From assembly GCA_041577295.1 (NCBI GenBank), contig JBFGJG010000043.1:1-38099 (forward strand): a DNA stretch of 38,099 nucleotides, in the 5' to 3' direction. The notes beneath the pieces are model-generated. The model saw nothing but the letters and a program-made list of their open reading frames with translations. It ran no database searches and was not told where the DNA came from. Below, piece after piece: positions 25,078 to 33,644 of the stretch. How positions within the stretch are numbered: the first letter of the stretch is position 1; every line of letters begins with the position of its first letter. This DNA comes from Gemmatimonadales bacterium. Its GTDB lineage: Bacteria > Gemmatimonadota > Gemmatimonadetes > Gemmatimonadales > GWC2-71-9. The position numbers and the translations under genes are program-made.

Positions 25078-26318
25078 CCAGCCGGTCGGTCCGCTACGGC
25101 TGGATGTTGGGTACCGTCCTGCTCTTGGGCGGGCTTGCCGCAGCACACGAGTGGGTCGTGACCAAGCGACCGGATATTGCCGGTCGGCGCGCGATACGAC
25201 AGATCGACGTCACCACAGGTGCCGACGCCGGTCCGGGCTCGCTGCGCGAAGCGCTCTTCCTCGCCAACGGTGTCGACGGGCCAGCCCATGTGGCGATTCG
25301 CGTCGCTGAGATCGACGTGCGGAGTCCCTTGCCGCCGGTGGCCAATCCACATGGAACCACGATCGAATCCGCTGACGGCTTTGCGACCGTGGATGCCCAA
25401 CGCGCCGGCACGAACCCCATCCTCGACCTGTTGGCGCCTCGCACGACAGTCCGCCGGCTCCGACTCGTCGGTGCGCATGGTCCTGCGGTGCTCGTCCGCG
25501 CGTCTTCCGTGCACCTCGACAGCATCGAGATCGTCGAGTCGGTTGTCGGCGTACACGTCTCGAACACGGCAAACGCGCTGCGAGTGACCGGGGGACGCTT
25601 TGAGGCGAACGAGATCGGGCTCCGCCTCGAGACCAGCGATATCGCCACCGTGGTGACGGAGAATGCATTCGCCAAACACAGGCTGGCGGCGATCTGGGGC
25701 GTTGGGCCGGCGGGCGCGGAGATTGGGGGGGCTGGAGCGCGCATTGTGGGCAACAAGTTCGACGGTGACAGGTTCTCGTTGGTGGTCGGGAACCTCGCGA
25801 CGACCATCGAGCAAAATGAGATCGTGGGTGCCGGTGAGGCGGCGATCTATGTGGCGGGTCGCGGGGCGACGGTGCGTGCCAACAGGGTGAGGAGCGGAGC
25901 GCGGGTGGGCATTCTCGGCGCCGACGCGAGTGGAGTCGTCATTGCAAAGAATGAGATCGACCACAACGGTGCCGCGGGTATCTTGCTCAACTCGTCGCAG
26001 AACGCGGTCCTGCAAGAAAACCGGACGTATCGTAACGGCTACGGCATTCTCGTGGTGCTGGGTGAAGCTCGCAGCCCCAACGTCCTTACCGAAAACACCG
26101 TGCTGGCCAACCTGCTCGATGGCGTGGCGCTCGTAGGTTCGTCGCCCATCCTCCGGGGGAATAGGCTGTTGTCCAACGCGGGAGCCGGAGTTCGAATCCT
26201 GGATCTCGTGGCAGCCCGACCCGGCACACGCATTGGGGCCTCTCCTCTGCTCGAGAATAACACGACGCATGGAAACGGGTCGGACCAGCCGCTGCGTGGG
26301 GAGTATCTCCTGCCATGA
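25074..26318 (+). CDS. Exported or anchored right-handed parallel beta-helix protein (pectin-lyase fold; NosD/AlgG-like)
   Basis: N-terminal hydrophobic helix, DAGPGSLREAL cap motif and repeated Asn-ladder strands (ENAF, GNKF, QNEI, ANRV, KNEI, ENRT, ENTV, GNRL, NNTT). GTGA overlap. Confidence 0.85.
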   Translation: MTSRSVRYGWMLGTVLLLGGLAAAHEWVVTKRPDIAGRRAIRQIDVTTGADAGPGSLREALFLANGVDGPAHVAIRVAEIDVRSPLPPVANPHGTTIESADGFATVDAQRAGTNPILDLLAPRTTVRRLRLVGAHGPAVLVRASSVHLDSIEIVESVVGVHVSNTANALRVTGGRFEANEIGLRLETSDIATVVTENAFAKHRLAAIWGVGPAGAEIGGAGARIVGNKFDGDRFSLVVGNLATTIEQNEIVGAGEAAIYVAGRGATVRANRVRSGARVGILGADASGVVIAKNEIDHNGAAGILLNSSQNAVLQENRTYRNGYGILVVLGEARSPNVLTENTVLANLLDGVALVGSSPILRGNRLLSNAGAGVRILDLVAARPGTRIGASPLLENNTTHGNGSDQPLRGEYLLP

Positions 26319-27643
26319 GCGGGCGACCCGACGATCTCGGCGGGCTCCTCGCCTTGCGCGAGCGCAAACGCGCGCTCGACACCACCTGGCTCCTGACCTT
26401 CGTGGTGCTGTTCTTCACGATTGCGGTGCCGTGGTTCCTGCGCGTCTTCGACATCGATTTTGGCGCTGTGGCCTGGACGATTGTGGCGTACGCCAGCTTC
26501 CACCTCGGGATCTCCGCGCTAGCCGATCGCACGAACGATTGCCGGACACTCCAGATCGTCGAGACCGGGCTGCAAGCGACCGGGATGTTCTTCTTGGGTT
26601 GCCTGTGGTTGCTTGTCGGAGGCGTGCAAACACCACTCTTTCTGGTGGTGCTCGTGATCCCAGTGGTCACCAGCGGCCTCATGATGGTGAGTTGGCAACC
26701 GTATGTCCTGGCCGTGATTGGCGCCGCCGTTGCCGTCGTCGGTTCCGCCCTCAGCTCCCCAGCCCTTCGGTGGTATCTGGTGCAGCTGGACGTGCCGTTG
26801 TCCGGACTACTCCATGGCCTGCCGGATCGAGTGCCCCTCTTGGGCACACCGTATCCGGGGATGGATACGCAACCGGCGCAGGTGCTCACCGGGCTCGTGG
26901 TGCTCACGGTATGCTTGCTCGCAACCGCGACCGCAACGGACTCGCTGACGCGGCTGTTGATCCACCTGCACGACCGCCTGCGCTCATCACGCCACGCATT
27001 GGCGGAAACCGAGAGCTTGGCGCAGACCGTACTCCAAGCGTCGCCAACCCCGGCCGCTCTCGTACACCGATCCTCCTTTCAGATCGTACAGGCGAGCAAG
27101 AGCTTCCTGCAACACCTGTTGGTGCATTCTGACCAACTGTCGCGTCGTTCGTTATTCGAGCTGATCGACTTCTCATTCCCCGATGTGATCGAGCGCGCGA
27201 TGAGCGGGGGAGAGATTCCATTCGCTGTCTACCGTGTGGACGGCGAGACGCGCGTGTCGCGGATTACGGTGCACCCGGTGACGCACGAGGGTACCGAGTA
27301 TGCCTTCGTCACACTCCACGACGTGAGTGATCTCTATTATTTGAAGAGCGCACTCGATCAGGTGGACGATCCCTACTTACTGATCGGGGCTGACCGTCGG
27401 CTCCTGTACTTCAACCAGGCCACCGAGCGCGTGTTCGACGGGGTGTATCGGGGGGCGGAAGCCCACGCGGTGCTGGATCGACCCGATGTACCCCGGCGCT
27501 GGTGGGATCCCGGTTCGCGGGGTCGCCTCGAGCGCCAAGTCGATGTCGCGGGTACGGCATACCGTGTCAATCTGGTCGCGGCCCGCATTCCTGGTGAGAA
27601 CGGACGTTTCACTGTCCTCAGCCTCCGGCAGGTGGGGCGATGA
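26315..27643 (+). CDS. Polytopic membrane protein with two C-terminal PAS-like domains and no catalytic output
   Basis: About six TM segments, a helical linker, PAS-like segments (LQASPTPAALV…FVTLHDVS and ALDQVDDPYLLIGADRRLLYFNQA), then a stop. ATGA overlap. Confidence 0.7.
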   Translation: MSGRPDDLGGLLALRERKRALDTTWLLTFVVLFFTIAVPWFLRVFDIDFGAVAWTIVAYASFHLGISALADRTNDCRTLQIVETGLQATGMFFLGCLWLLVGGVQTPLFLVVLVIPVVTSGLMMVSWQPYVLAVIGAAVAVVGSALSSPALRWYLVQLDVPLSGLLHGLPDRVPLLGTPYPGMDTQPAQVLTGLVVLTVCLLATATATDSLTRLLIHLHDRLRSSRHALAETESLAQTVLQASPTPAALVHRSSFQIVQASKSFLQHLLVHSDQLSRRSLFELIDFSFPDVIERAMSGGEIPFAVYRVDGETRVSRITVHPVTHEGTEYAFVTLHDVSDLYYLKSALDQVDDPYLLIGADRRLLYFNQATERVFDGVYRGAEAHAVLDRPDVPRRWWDPGSRGRLERQVDVAGTAYRVNLVAARIPGENGRFTVLSLRQVGR

Positions 27644-28407
27644 GGGCCCGCGTGGTTTGGCTGAGTGCTCTCGCCGTTGCGCTTGGGAATCCCTGCGAGG
27701 CGCAGGATACCCGGCACAGCATCGTGGCGACCGTGCATGTTGACGATCTCAACCCCGGTGGGGGAGGCGTGGGTGGGGCAGTACAGTGGCTACGTGTACG
27801 GGAACGCGACGCCGTGGCCCTTGGTATCTCGCTCTTCCAGGTCGAGGGGATGGGCTGGGTTGCAGGCACGGTGACAGGTTCGAGACGCCTTAGCACGCGG
27901 TTGTCGCTCCACGGAAGCGCGGCGTTCGGGATGGGAGAGCGACCCGGTCAGCGCTACTTCTACCGCCGCGCCGCGGCGTCCGCAACGGTCGTCGCGCTCC
28001 CAGGACGAATCTTTCCAGAGCTGTCGGTTCAGTATCTGTCGATCAATCCCATCGAGGCAGCCATTGTGGGACCAGCCGTGAGCGTGCAGTGGTCGCACCA
28101 CTTTGCGACGCGGTTCGCATACGGTGAGGGCGTCGCCGGCAATTATCGGCCTCGCTATGGCTCCGTGGGTGTGACCCTCGTGACGGACCGGGTGCGATGG
28201 CTCGCGGGGGGCACCCTCGGGAGTGCGTCACTCGATATGCTGGTGTTGCAGGATCCAACCGCGCAGGTGGCCGCTCAACGGGATTGGTATATCGGTATCG
28301 CGGTGCCGGTGCGTCATACGGAGTTCTCGTTGGTCTTCAGCCGAGTGGACGGCGACACGAGCGCGCGGAACACCCTGGCCGTGGTGTCAAAGGTACCAAT
28401 CTCATGA
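27640..28407 (+). CDS. Putative outer-membrane beta-barrel protein (YaiO-like export porin candidate)
   Basis: Signal peptide (…CEA-Q) and alternating hydrophobic/polar strands rich in G, S, Y and W throughout. ATGA overlaps on both sides. Confidence 0.6.
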   Translation: MRARVVWLSALAVALGNPCEAQDTRHSIVATVHVDDLNPGGGGVGGAVQWLRVRERDAVALGISLFQVEGMGWVAGTVTGSRRLSTRLSLHGSAAFGMGERPGQRYFYRRAAASATVVALPGRIFPELSVQYLSINPIEAAIVGPAVSVQWSHHFATRFAYGEGVAGNYRPRYGSVGVTLVTDRVRWLAGGTLGSASLDMLVLQDPTAQVAAQRDWYIGIAVPVRHTEFSLVFSRVDGDTSARNTLAVVSKVPIS

Positions 28408-30626
28408 GTGCAACCGCGGCAAACCGCGCAGCCCTCATCGGTGCGGTCATCATGGGCTCGTTGCTCCTGGGGCTCGGTGTCGGAATTGCCGTGCGCGCTT
28501 CGGAGCGGCGAGAACGGGAGTTGCGGGTCGCGGTCGAGGCGCAGCTCGATTCCGTCGTCGCCCGCGTCGGGGCGAGGCTACGCCAGATCGAAATGGCGAC
28601 GCATGCCGCGCGCGAGAGCGTACGACACGGCTTGAAGGCGCAACGGTGGCAGTTTGGTGAGCCGAACCTGGGAATTCACATGCTCGAGATCCGGCTGATC
28701 GATGCGTCCGGACGTGATGTGTGGGATGCAGACAGCGCGGAGATCGTGCCGGCGACCGACCTGCGTGGCGAGCCACGATCGGTGCGGTGGGTCGGTCCGT
28801 GGACCGAACGTGACGGTCGCATGATCATGGGGTTTTTGGTTCCCGTGGAGCGCGACCCGAAGCAGCACGCCTGGGTAGGGACGCTCTTCCCACTCGATCT
28901 CGTGTGGCCGGACCGTGAAGCGGGCGCGCTTGGCCGGGCGGGTCTGCTGTTCAATGTGGCGCGGCCAGATATGGTGGCGGGGAGCCGTGTCATCGCACGG
29001 GGTGAACCACGCCCGATTCCAGATGCGGTTCAGACGGCCATTCCGTTGGTGCATGGCGGGTGGAGGCTGGAGGCGGCACCGCGAGGGGGTTGGTCTCAGC
29101 GTTATGTGCTCGCCGCGCACCTCACCCTCGCGTGCTTGCTTGCGCTCGCAGCGGCGGTCGCGCTGTTCGAGCTGTTGCGGAAGCCACAACACCTCCGCGC
29201 CGAACTCGAGGAACAACTGCGCGCGTTGCGTATCACGTATCAGCGGCTCGTAGACGAGATGAAACGACGTCGGGAGATCGATGCCAAGATCTCCTTCGAC
29301 GCGGCGCACGACGAGCTGACAGGCCTTCCCAATCGCGAGCGGATGCTCGATCGGCTCGAGCGAGCCCTGCAACGAGCGCGCGCCGCGGAACAGTATCACG
29401 TGGCAGTGCTCTTCGTGGGTGTGGATCGGTTCAAGTACGTCAACGATAGCCTCGGGACCGAAGCGGGCGACCACGTGTTGGTCGAGGTCGCACGCCGAAT
29501 TGACCAATCGCTCCGCCCGGGAGACACGTTGGCGCGACTCGGCGGTGATACGTTTGGCGCCGTGCTGTACGACGTGGCTGGTGAAAGCGCCGTCTCGGCA
29601 GCGCGCCGGGTGCGGGATGCCATGGGTGAGCCGGTGGACCTCGATGGTCAACAGATCTACACGTCGGTGAGCGTCGGTATCGCCGCGAGCGACACTGGTT
29701 ACGATCGGGCAGCAGAGCTGCTCAAGCAGGCGGAGATGGCGATGTATCGGGCCAAAGCGGACGGGGGCGCGCAGTTCGCACGGTTCGATCCTTCCCTGCG
29801 CGAGCAGGCAGCAGACCGACTACAACTGGAGACCGATCTTCGCCGGGCGATCGAGCGGGAGGAGTTCATTCTGTACTACCAGCCGGTCGTGTCGTTGGAC
29901 TCCGGCGGTATCGTGGGCATGGAGGTGCTTGTGCGGTGGCAGCATCCCCTCGAGGGCTTGATCGCTCCGGGCCGATTTATCGGTGCAGCCGAGGAGACGG
30001 GACTCATCTGTCAAATGAACCGATGGATCTTGCGTCGTGCCGCCGAGCAGGCCCAAGAGTGGCGCAACCGCGGGGTGATCTCGCCCGAGTTTTACTTGAG
30101 TGTGAACCTCTCCGCGAAGGATTTCAACCACGCTGATCTGTGCGAGTACGTCCAATCGGTTATCGACGAAACGTCGACACCCGCCCGCGCGATTCGCCTC
30201 GAGATTACCGAGGGCATGTTGATGCACAACGTGGCCGGAAGCCTCGCCACGGTCGAGCAGTTGCGTGAGATGAGGATTCCGCTGCTGCTTGACGATTTTG
30301 GCACCGGCTACTCGTCACTGAGTTACCTGCACCGCTTTCGATTCGACTACCTCAAGATCGATCGATCGTTCACGGCTCGCGTGGTCGAGGGCGGGATCCA
30401 TATGGGTATCGTTCGCGCTATTCTCAATCTATCCGGGGATCTGGGGCTCAAGACCATCGCTGAAGGTATCGAGGACGCAGTGCACCTGCGCTTCCTGCGA
30501 GATCTGGGGTGCGAGTACGGCCAGGGATACTATTTTGCGCGGCCGGCGCCTGCTGCAGAGGCTGAGCGCCTCGTGATGGAGCAAGCGCCTCTCGTTGGGT
30601 CAGAGGAGCTCGCGCGCAGCTTCTAG
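28404..30626 (+). CDS. Membrane sensor GGDEF-EAL protein (degenerate cyclase, intact phosphodiesterase)
   Basis: TM-periplasmic-TM, then HDELTGLPNR, GVDRFK and RPGD-x5-GGDTF. EAL motifs EVLVRW, VNLS, EITE, DDFGTGYSSLSYL, KIDRSF, AEGIE and QGY. Start set to ATG 28404 (ATGA overlap). Confidence 0.93.
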   Translation: MSATAANRAALIGAVIMGSLLLGLGVGIAVRASERRERELRVAVEAQLDSVVARVGARLRQIEMATHAARESVRHGLKAQRWQFGEPNLGIHMLEIRLIDASGRDVWDADSAEIVPATDLRGEPRSVRWVGPWTERDGRMIMGFLVPVERDPKQHAWVGTLFPLDLVWPDREAGALGRAGLLFNVARPDMVAGSRVIARGEPRPIPDAVQTAIPLVHGGWRLEAAPRGGWSQRYVLAAHLTLACLLALAAAVALFELLRKPQHLRAELEEQLRALRITYQRLVDEMKRRREIDAKISFDAAHDELTGLPNRERMLDRLERALQRARAAEQYHVAVLFVGVDRFKYVNDSLGTEAGDHVLVEVARRIDQSLRPGDTLARLGGDTFGAVLYDVAGESAVSAARRVRDAMGEPVDLDGQQIYTSVSVGIAASDTGYDRAAELLKQAEMAMYRAKADGGAQFARFDPSLREQAADRLQLETDLRRAIEREEFILYYQPVVSLDSGGIVGMEVLVRWQHPLEGLIAPGRFIGAAEETGLICQMNRWILRRAAEQAQEWRNRGVISPEFYLSVNLSAKDFNHADLCEYVQSVIDETSTPARAIRLEITEGMLMHNVAGSLATVEQLREMRIPLLLDDFGTGYSSLSYLHRFRFDYLKIDRSFTARVVEGGIHMGIVRAILNLSGDLGLKTIAEGIEDAVHLRFLRDLGCEYGQGYYFARPAPAAEAERLVMEQAPLVGSEELARSF

Positions 30627-30774
30627 TGGTTTGACCCCCGTCCCACGATCGTTATCACCGCCCTCGTTATATACTGGCCACTCCGTTCACATCCGTGATC
30701 CCCTGGCGAGGACGCCTGCAAACGGTATGTTTGTGGGCGTGCAACGTCGTCAATCTCATTTCTTGGAGGATCAC

Positions 30775-31497
30775 ATGCCGTCGCGGCGATTCATGCCGGT
30801 GCTCATGGCACTCGCCCTCGTTCTCAGTGCCTGCGGACAAGGTGAACAACAAGCAGGCGAGGAGTCCGCTCAGGTCGCGGGGATGGTGGCGGCCGAGGGC
30901 GCCCAAGTGTATCCCAACGTCACAGCTTCGGTGGTCTTCGACAACGAAGGGTATATCGCACAGAAGACCGTTTGGCAGCCCGGTGTGTGGTCTGGGGAGC
31001 ACGGTCACCCCGGCAACCAACTGGCAATTGCGATGAACAACGGCACCCTCACGTACCGCGAAGGCGGTGCCGAGCGGGACGTGGCGTTCACGACTGGTCA
31101 GGTGATCTGGGTCGATGCGGTGGAGACACACGATCACGCCGCGAAGGGTGGGCCACTGGAAGCACTGCTCATCACCCTGAAGAGCCACGGCATGGGGGGG
31201 ATGGCTACTGGACAGCAGTATCCAAGCCTCACGACGCACGTTGTGCTGGAGAACGATCATGTCATCGTGCAGCATCTCGCGGCCGAGACGGGAAAGTGGG
31301 CCGGTGAGCACTCGCATCCCGGTAATCAGTTGGCCGTCGTGCTGAAGGGTGGGACGACGATGTATCGCGAGGGCGGGGAAGAGCGGCAAGTCACTCGGGA
31401 GACGGGTGAGGTGTTTGCCGTTCCGGCCACGCAGGCCCACGATCATACGGCAGTTGGCCCGGCTGGTGAGGTATTGCTCATCACGCCCAAGATGTAG
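30775..31497 (+). CDS. Lipoprotein with two cupin domains
   Basis: GGAGG Shine-Dalgarno, lipobox LSAC and an internal duplication (GEHGHPGNQLA…YREGG…HDH / GEHSHPGNQLA…YREGG…HDH). Confidence 0.8.
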   Translation: MPSRRFMPVLMALALVLSACGQGEQQAGEESAQVAGMVAAEGAQVYPNVTASVVFDNEGYIAQKTVWQPGVWSGEHGHPGNQLAIAMNNGTLTYREGGAERDVAFTTGQVIWVDAVETHDHAAKGGPLEALLITLKSHGMGGMATGQQYPSLTTHVVLENDHVIVQHLAAETGKWAGEHSHPGNQLAVVLKGGTTMYREGGEERQVTRETGEVFAVPATQAHDHTAVGPAGEVLLITPKM

Positions 31498-31521
31498 CGG
31501 TAATCGCCGTGTACGGCTTAC

Positions 31522-31555
31522 GAAATCCCCCTCCCGAGCTGGGGAGGGGGATTTC
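31522..31555 (+). terminator. Rho-independent terminator-like hairpin
   Basis: gaaatccccctccc-gagctg-gggagggggatttc, a 14-bp perfect stem about 25 nt after the stop. Confidence 0.75.
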
Positions 31556-31688
31556 CTATGCCACGCCCTGATCGACTGCTGCTCGTGGCCGGCAACTGCG
31601 GCTTGAGCGTTGCGCTGGCCCAGCGGCTCCTAGACCCTCATTATTGATCGAGCGTGACGCCGGACCTCTGTACCGAGGACGATGACGC

Positions 31689-32207
31689 ATGATTGATCGA
31701 CAGTCCAACCTACTCCGAGGGCATTTCCTCGAGCGCTTTCGCCACGACTGGTGGGCGAACGAGACGCTGCTCGACTTTTTGGAGGGTCGTGCTGCCGGCG
31801 GAACCTTCGCGCACAGCCGAGGATGGGAACGCGCCTGCCACCTGTTTGGACACCTCCTCGCGAGCGAGTTGATTTGGCTGGGCCGGGTCGAAGAAAGCCA
31901 GGACAAGATGGAGCCCGTGTGGGGTGCGCGAGACCTCGATGAGCTGCGCGGCCTGTACGGTCGGGCCCGTTCACGGTGGGAGATTTTCCTTGAGGCGTTG
32001 GGCGCCAAGGACCTTTCGCGCGTTGTGTCGTACGAGAACACGCTGGGGCAGCAGTATAGCAACAGCTTGATTCAGATCATCGCTCACGTCCTGAACCACT
32101 CTACCCATCACCGCGCCCAGGTGTTGGCGGTGTTGCGTGGCATGGACCTCGAGCCACCGGCTCTAGACTACATGGTGTATTTGCGGCTACCGCCGAGCGC
32201 GCGTTAG
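31689..32207 (+). CDS. DinB/YfiT family protein
   Basis: WANE…HLLASELIWL…HVLNHSTHHRAQ…LDY (three-His metal site). Confidence 0.9.
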   Translation: MIDRQSNLLRGHFLERFRHDWWANETLLDFLEGRAAGGTFAHSRGWERACHLFGHLLASELIWLGRVEESQDKMEPVWGARDLDELRGLYGRARSRWEIFLEALGAKDLSRVVSYENTLGQQYSNSLIQIIAHVLNHSTHHRAQVLAVLRGMDLEPPALDYMVYLRLPPSAR

Positions 32208-32270
32208 CCGCCTAATGCGCGTTTGGAGGCAGGACAGCTGCCCCAGTCGCGAAACCTATCGGTCGTCTCC

Positions 32271-33335
32271 ATGGGTTCCACCACCCGAGTCATCCGCATC
32301 GAACGCCACGGCCCGCCTGAGGTGCTCACTGATCGAACGGTCCCGTTGCGCGATCCAGCCCCCAACGAGGTCGTCGTCCATGTACACGCAACGGGTGTCA
32401 ACTTTGCCGACCTGTTGATGCGGGCAGGACTCTATGGGACGGTCCCGCGTCGCCCGTATAGCCCGGGTTTTGAAGTGGCGGGCGAGGTGACGCAGGTGGG
32501 GCGTGCAGTGGAAGGGTGGGCCGCCGGCGATCGCGTGGTCACGCTGATGCGATACGGGGGCTACGCGCACGACGTGGTGGTACCAGCCGAACGCTTGTTT
32601 CGTTATCCCGCGACGATGACGCCGGACCAAGCAGCTGCGATTCCCGTTGCGTTTCTCACCGCCTGGGTCGGTCTTTTTGAAGTGGGGAGCGCTCGGCGGG
32701 GTGCCACCGTTCTCGTGCTGGGTGCGGCTGGTGGTGTCGGCACCGCGGCCGTGCAGCTTGCCGTGCGCGACGGCCTCCGAGTAGTGGGGACCGCGGGCAC
32801 GGAGCGCAAGAGAACGTTTGTCGTCGAGACGCTGGGTGCTGCCGCCTGCTTCGATTCCCGGAGCGATTGGGAGCCCGACGTGGTGCAGCTGGTCGGCCCT
32901 CGCGGCATCGATCTCGCGCTCGACCCCATTGGCGGGGTTGCGACCAGACGCTGTCTGCGACTCCTGTCGCCGCTCGGGCGGCTCGTCTTCTACGGCCTCA
33001 GCGACGCCATGCCCAAGGGCAAGCGTGGCTGGATCAGCGTGGCGCGGGCGTGGTTGAGAACACCCCGGCTCCATCCCCTGTCGCTCATCGAGCCGAACAT
33101 TGGGGTGTTCGGTGTGCATCTGTTGCACCTTGGAAGACGGCAGACAATCCTGCGCCCTGCGCTGACGGAGCTCCTCGCGGCGGTGGGGCGAGGTGAGCTT
33201 CGTGCCGTGGTCGATCGCACCTTCCCGCTCGATCGCAACGGAGCGATCGCAGCCCACCGTCACCTCCACTCGCGTACAAACCTCGGCAAGGTCGTACTGG
33301 TAACCGAAAGTGCCGGAGCGGTTGCGACCGGTTAG
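32271..33335 (+). CDS. MDR-family NAD(P)H:quinone oxidoreductase (VAT-1/Qor-like)
   Basis: GPPEVL, GVNFADL, PGFEVAG, GAAGGVGTAAVQL, AHRHLHSRTNLGKVVL. Start ATG 32271. Confidence 0.9.
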   Translation: MGSTTRVIRIERHGPPEVLTDRTVPLRDPAPNEVVVHVHATGVNFADLLMRAGLYGTVPRRPYSPGFEVAGEVTQVGRAVEGWAAGDRVVTLMRYGGYAHDVVVPAERLFRYPATMTPDQAAAIPVAFLTAWVGLFEVGSARRGATVLVLGAAGGVGTAAVQLAVRDGLRVVGTAGTERKRTFVVETLGAAACFDSRSDWEPDVVQLVGPRGIDLALDPIGGVATRRCLRLLSPLGRLVFYGLSDAMPKGKRGWISVARAWLRTPRLHPLSLIEPNIGVFGVHLLHLGRRQTILRPALTELLAAVGRGELRAVVDRTFPLDRNGAIAAHRHLHSRTNLGKVVLVTESAGAVATG

Positions 33336-33644
33336 TGCGCAGCGACCAGTCGCTAGGTTACCCTCCGGGGTCGCGGTGGGGGGTGCGGTGTTCGACGCGG
33401 TTGTGACGCAGAAACGAATACCAGGGCCTTGCGGCACTCGTCGGTGCCGGTCTGGCTGGCCTCGTTGGGTTCACCGCGGGTGCCTTGGTCGGTTTTTCCA
33501 ACGGGGAGTGGCAGTCGGCATGGTCAGCGGTGATAGGCATGACCGTGAGTCATACCGCAGATGAGGTAGGTCTCGGTATCAAAGTCTCGTTCTGCACGAA
33601 GCGCGGTTACCTTTGGTTCGGTTCGAAATCGAGTCGAGTCACGG

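Noticed and set aside
28197..28403. Extended N-termini in the ORF track (28197, 19443, 11568, 12484, 30595, 35670, 35399)
   Set aside because: Downstream starts give better Shine-Dalgarno sites, signal peptides or 4-nt overlaps, and avoid long overlaps with neighbouring genes.
33358..33540. 60-aa minus-strand ORF in the gap between the oxidoreductase and ThrE genes
   Set aside because: It is Pro/Arg-rich and low in complexity, with no clear Shine-Dalgarno or motif, so I cannot support it.
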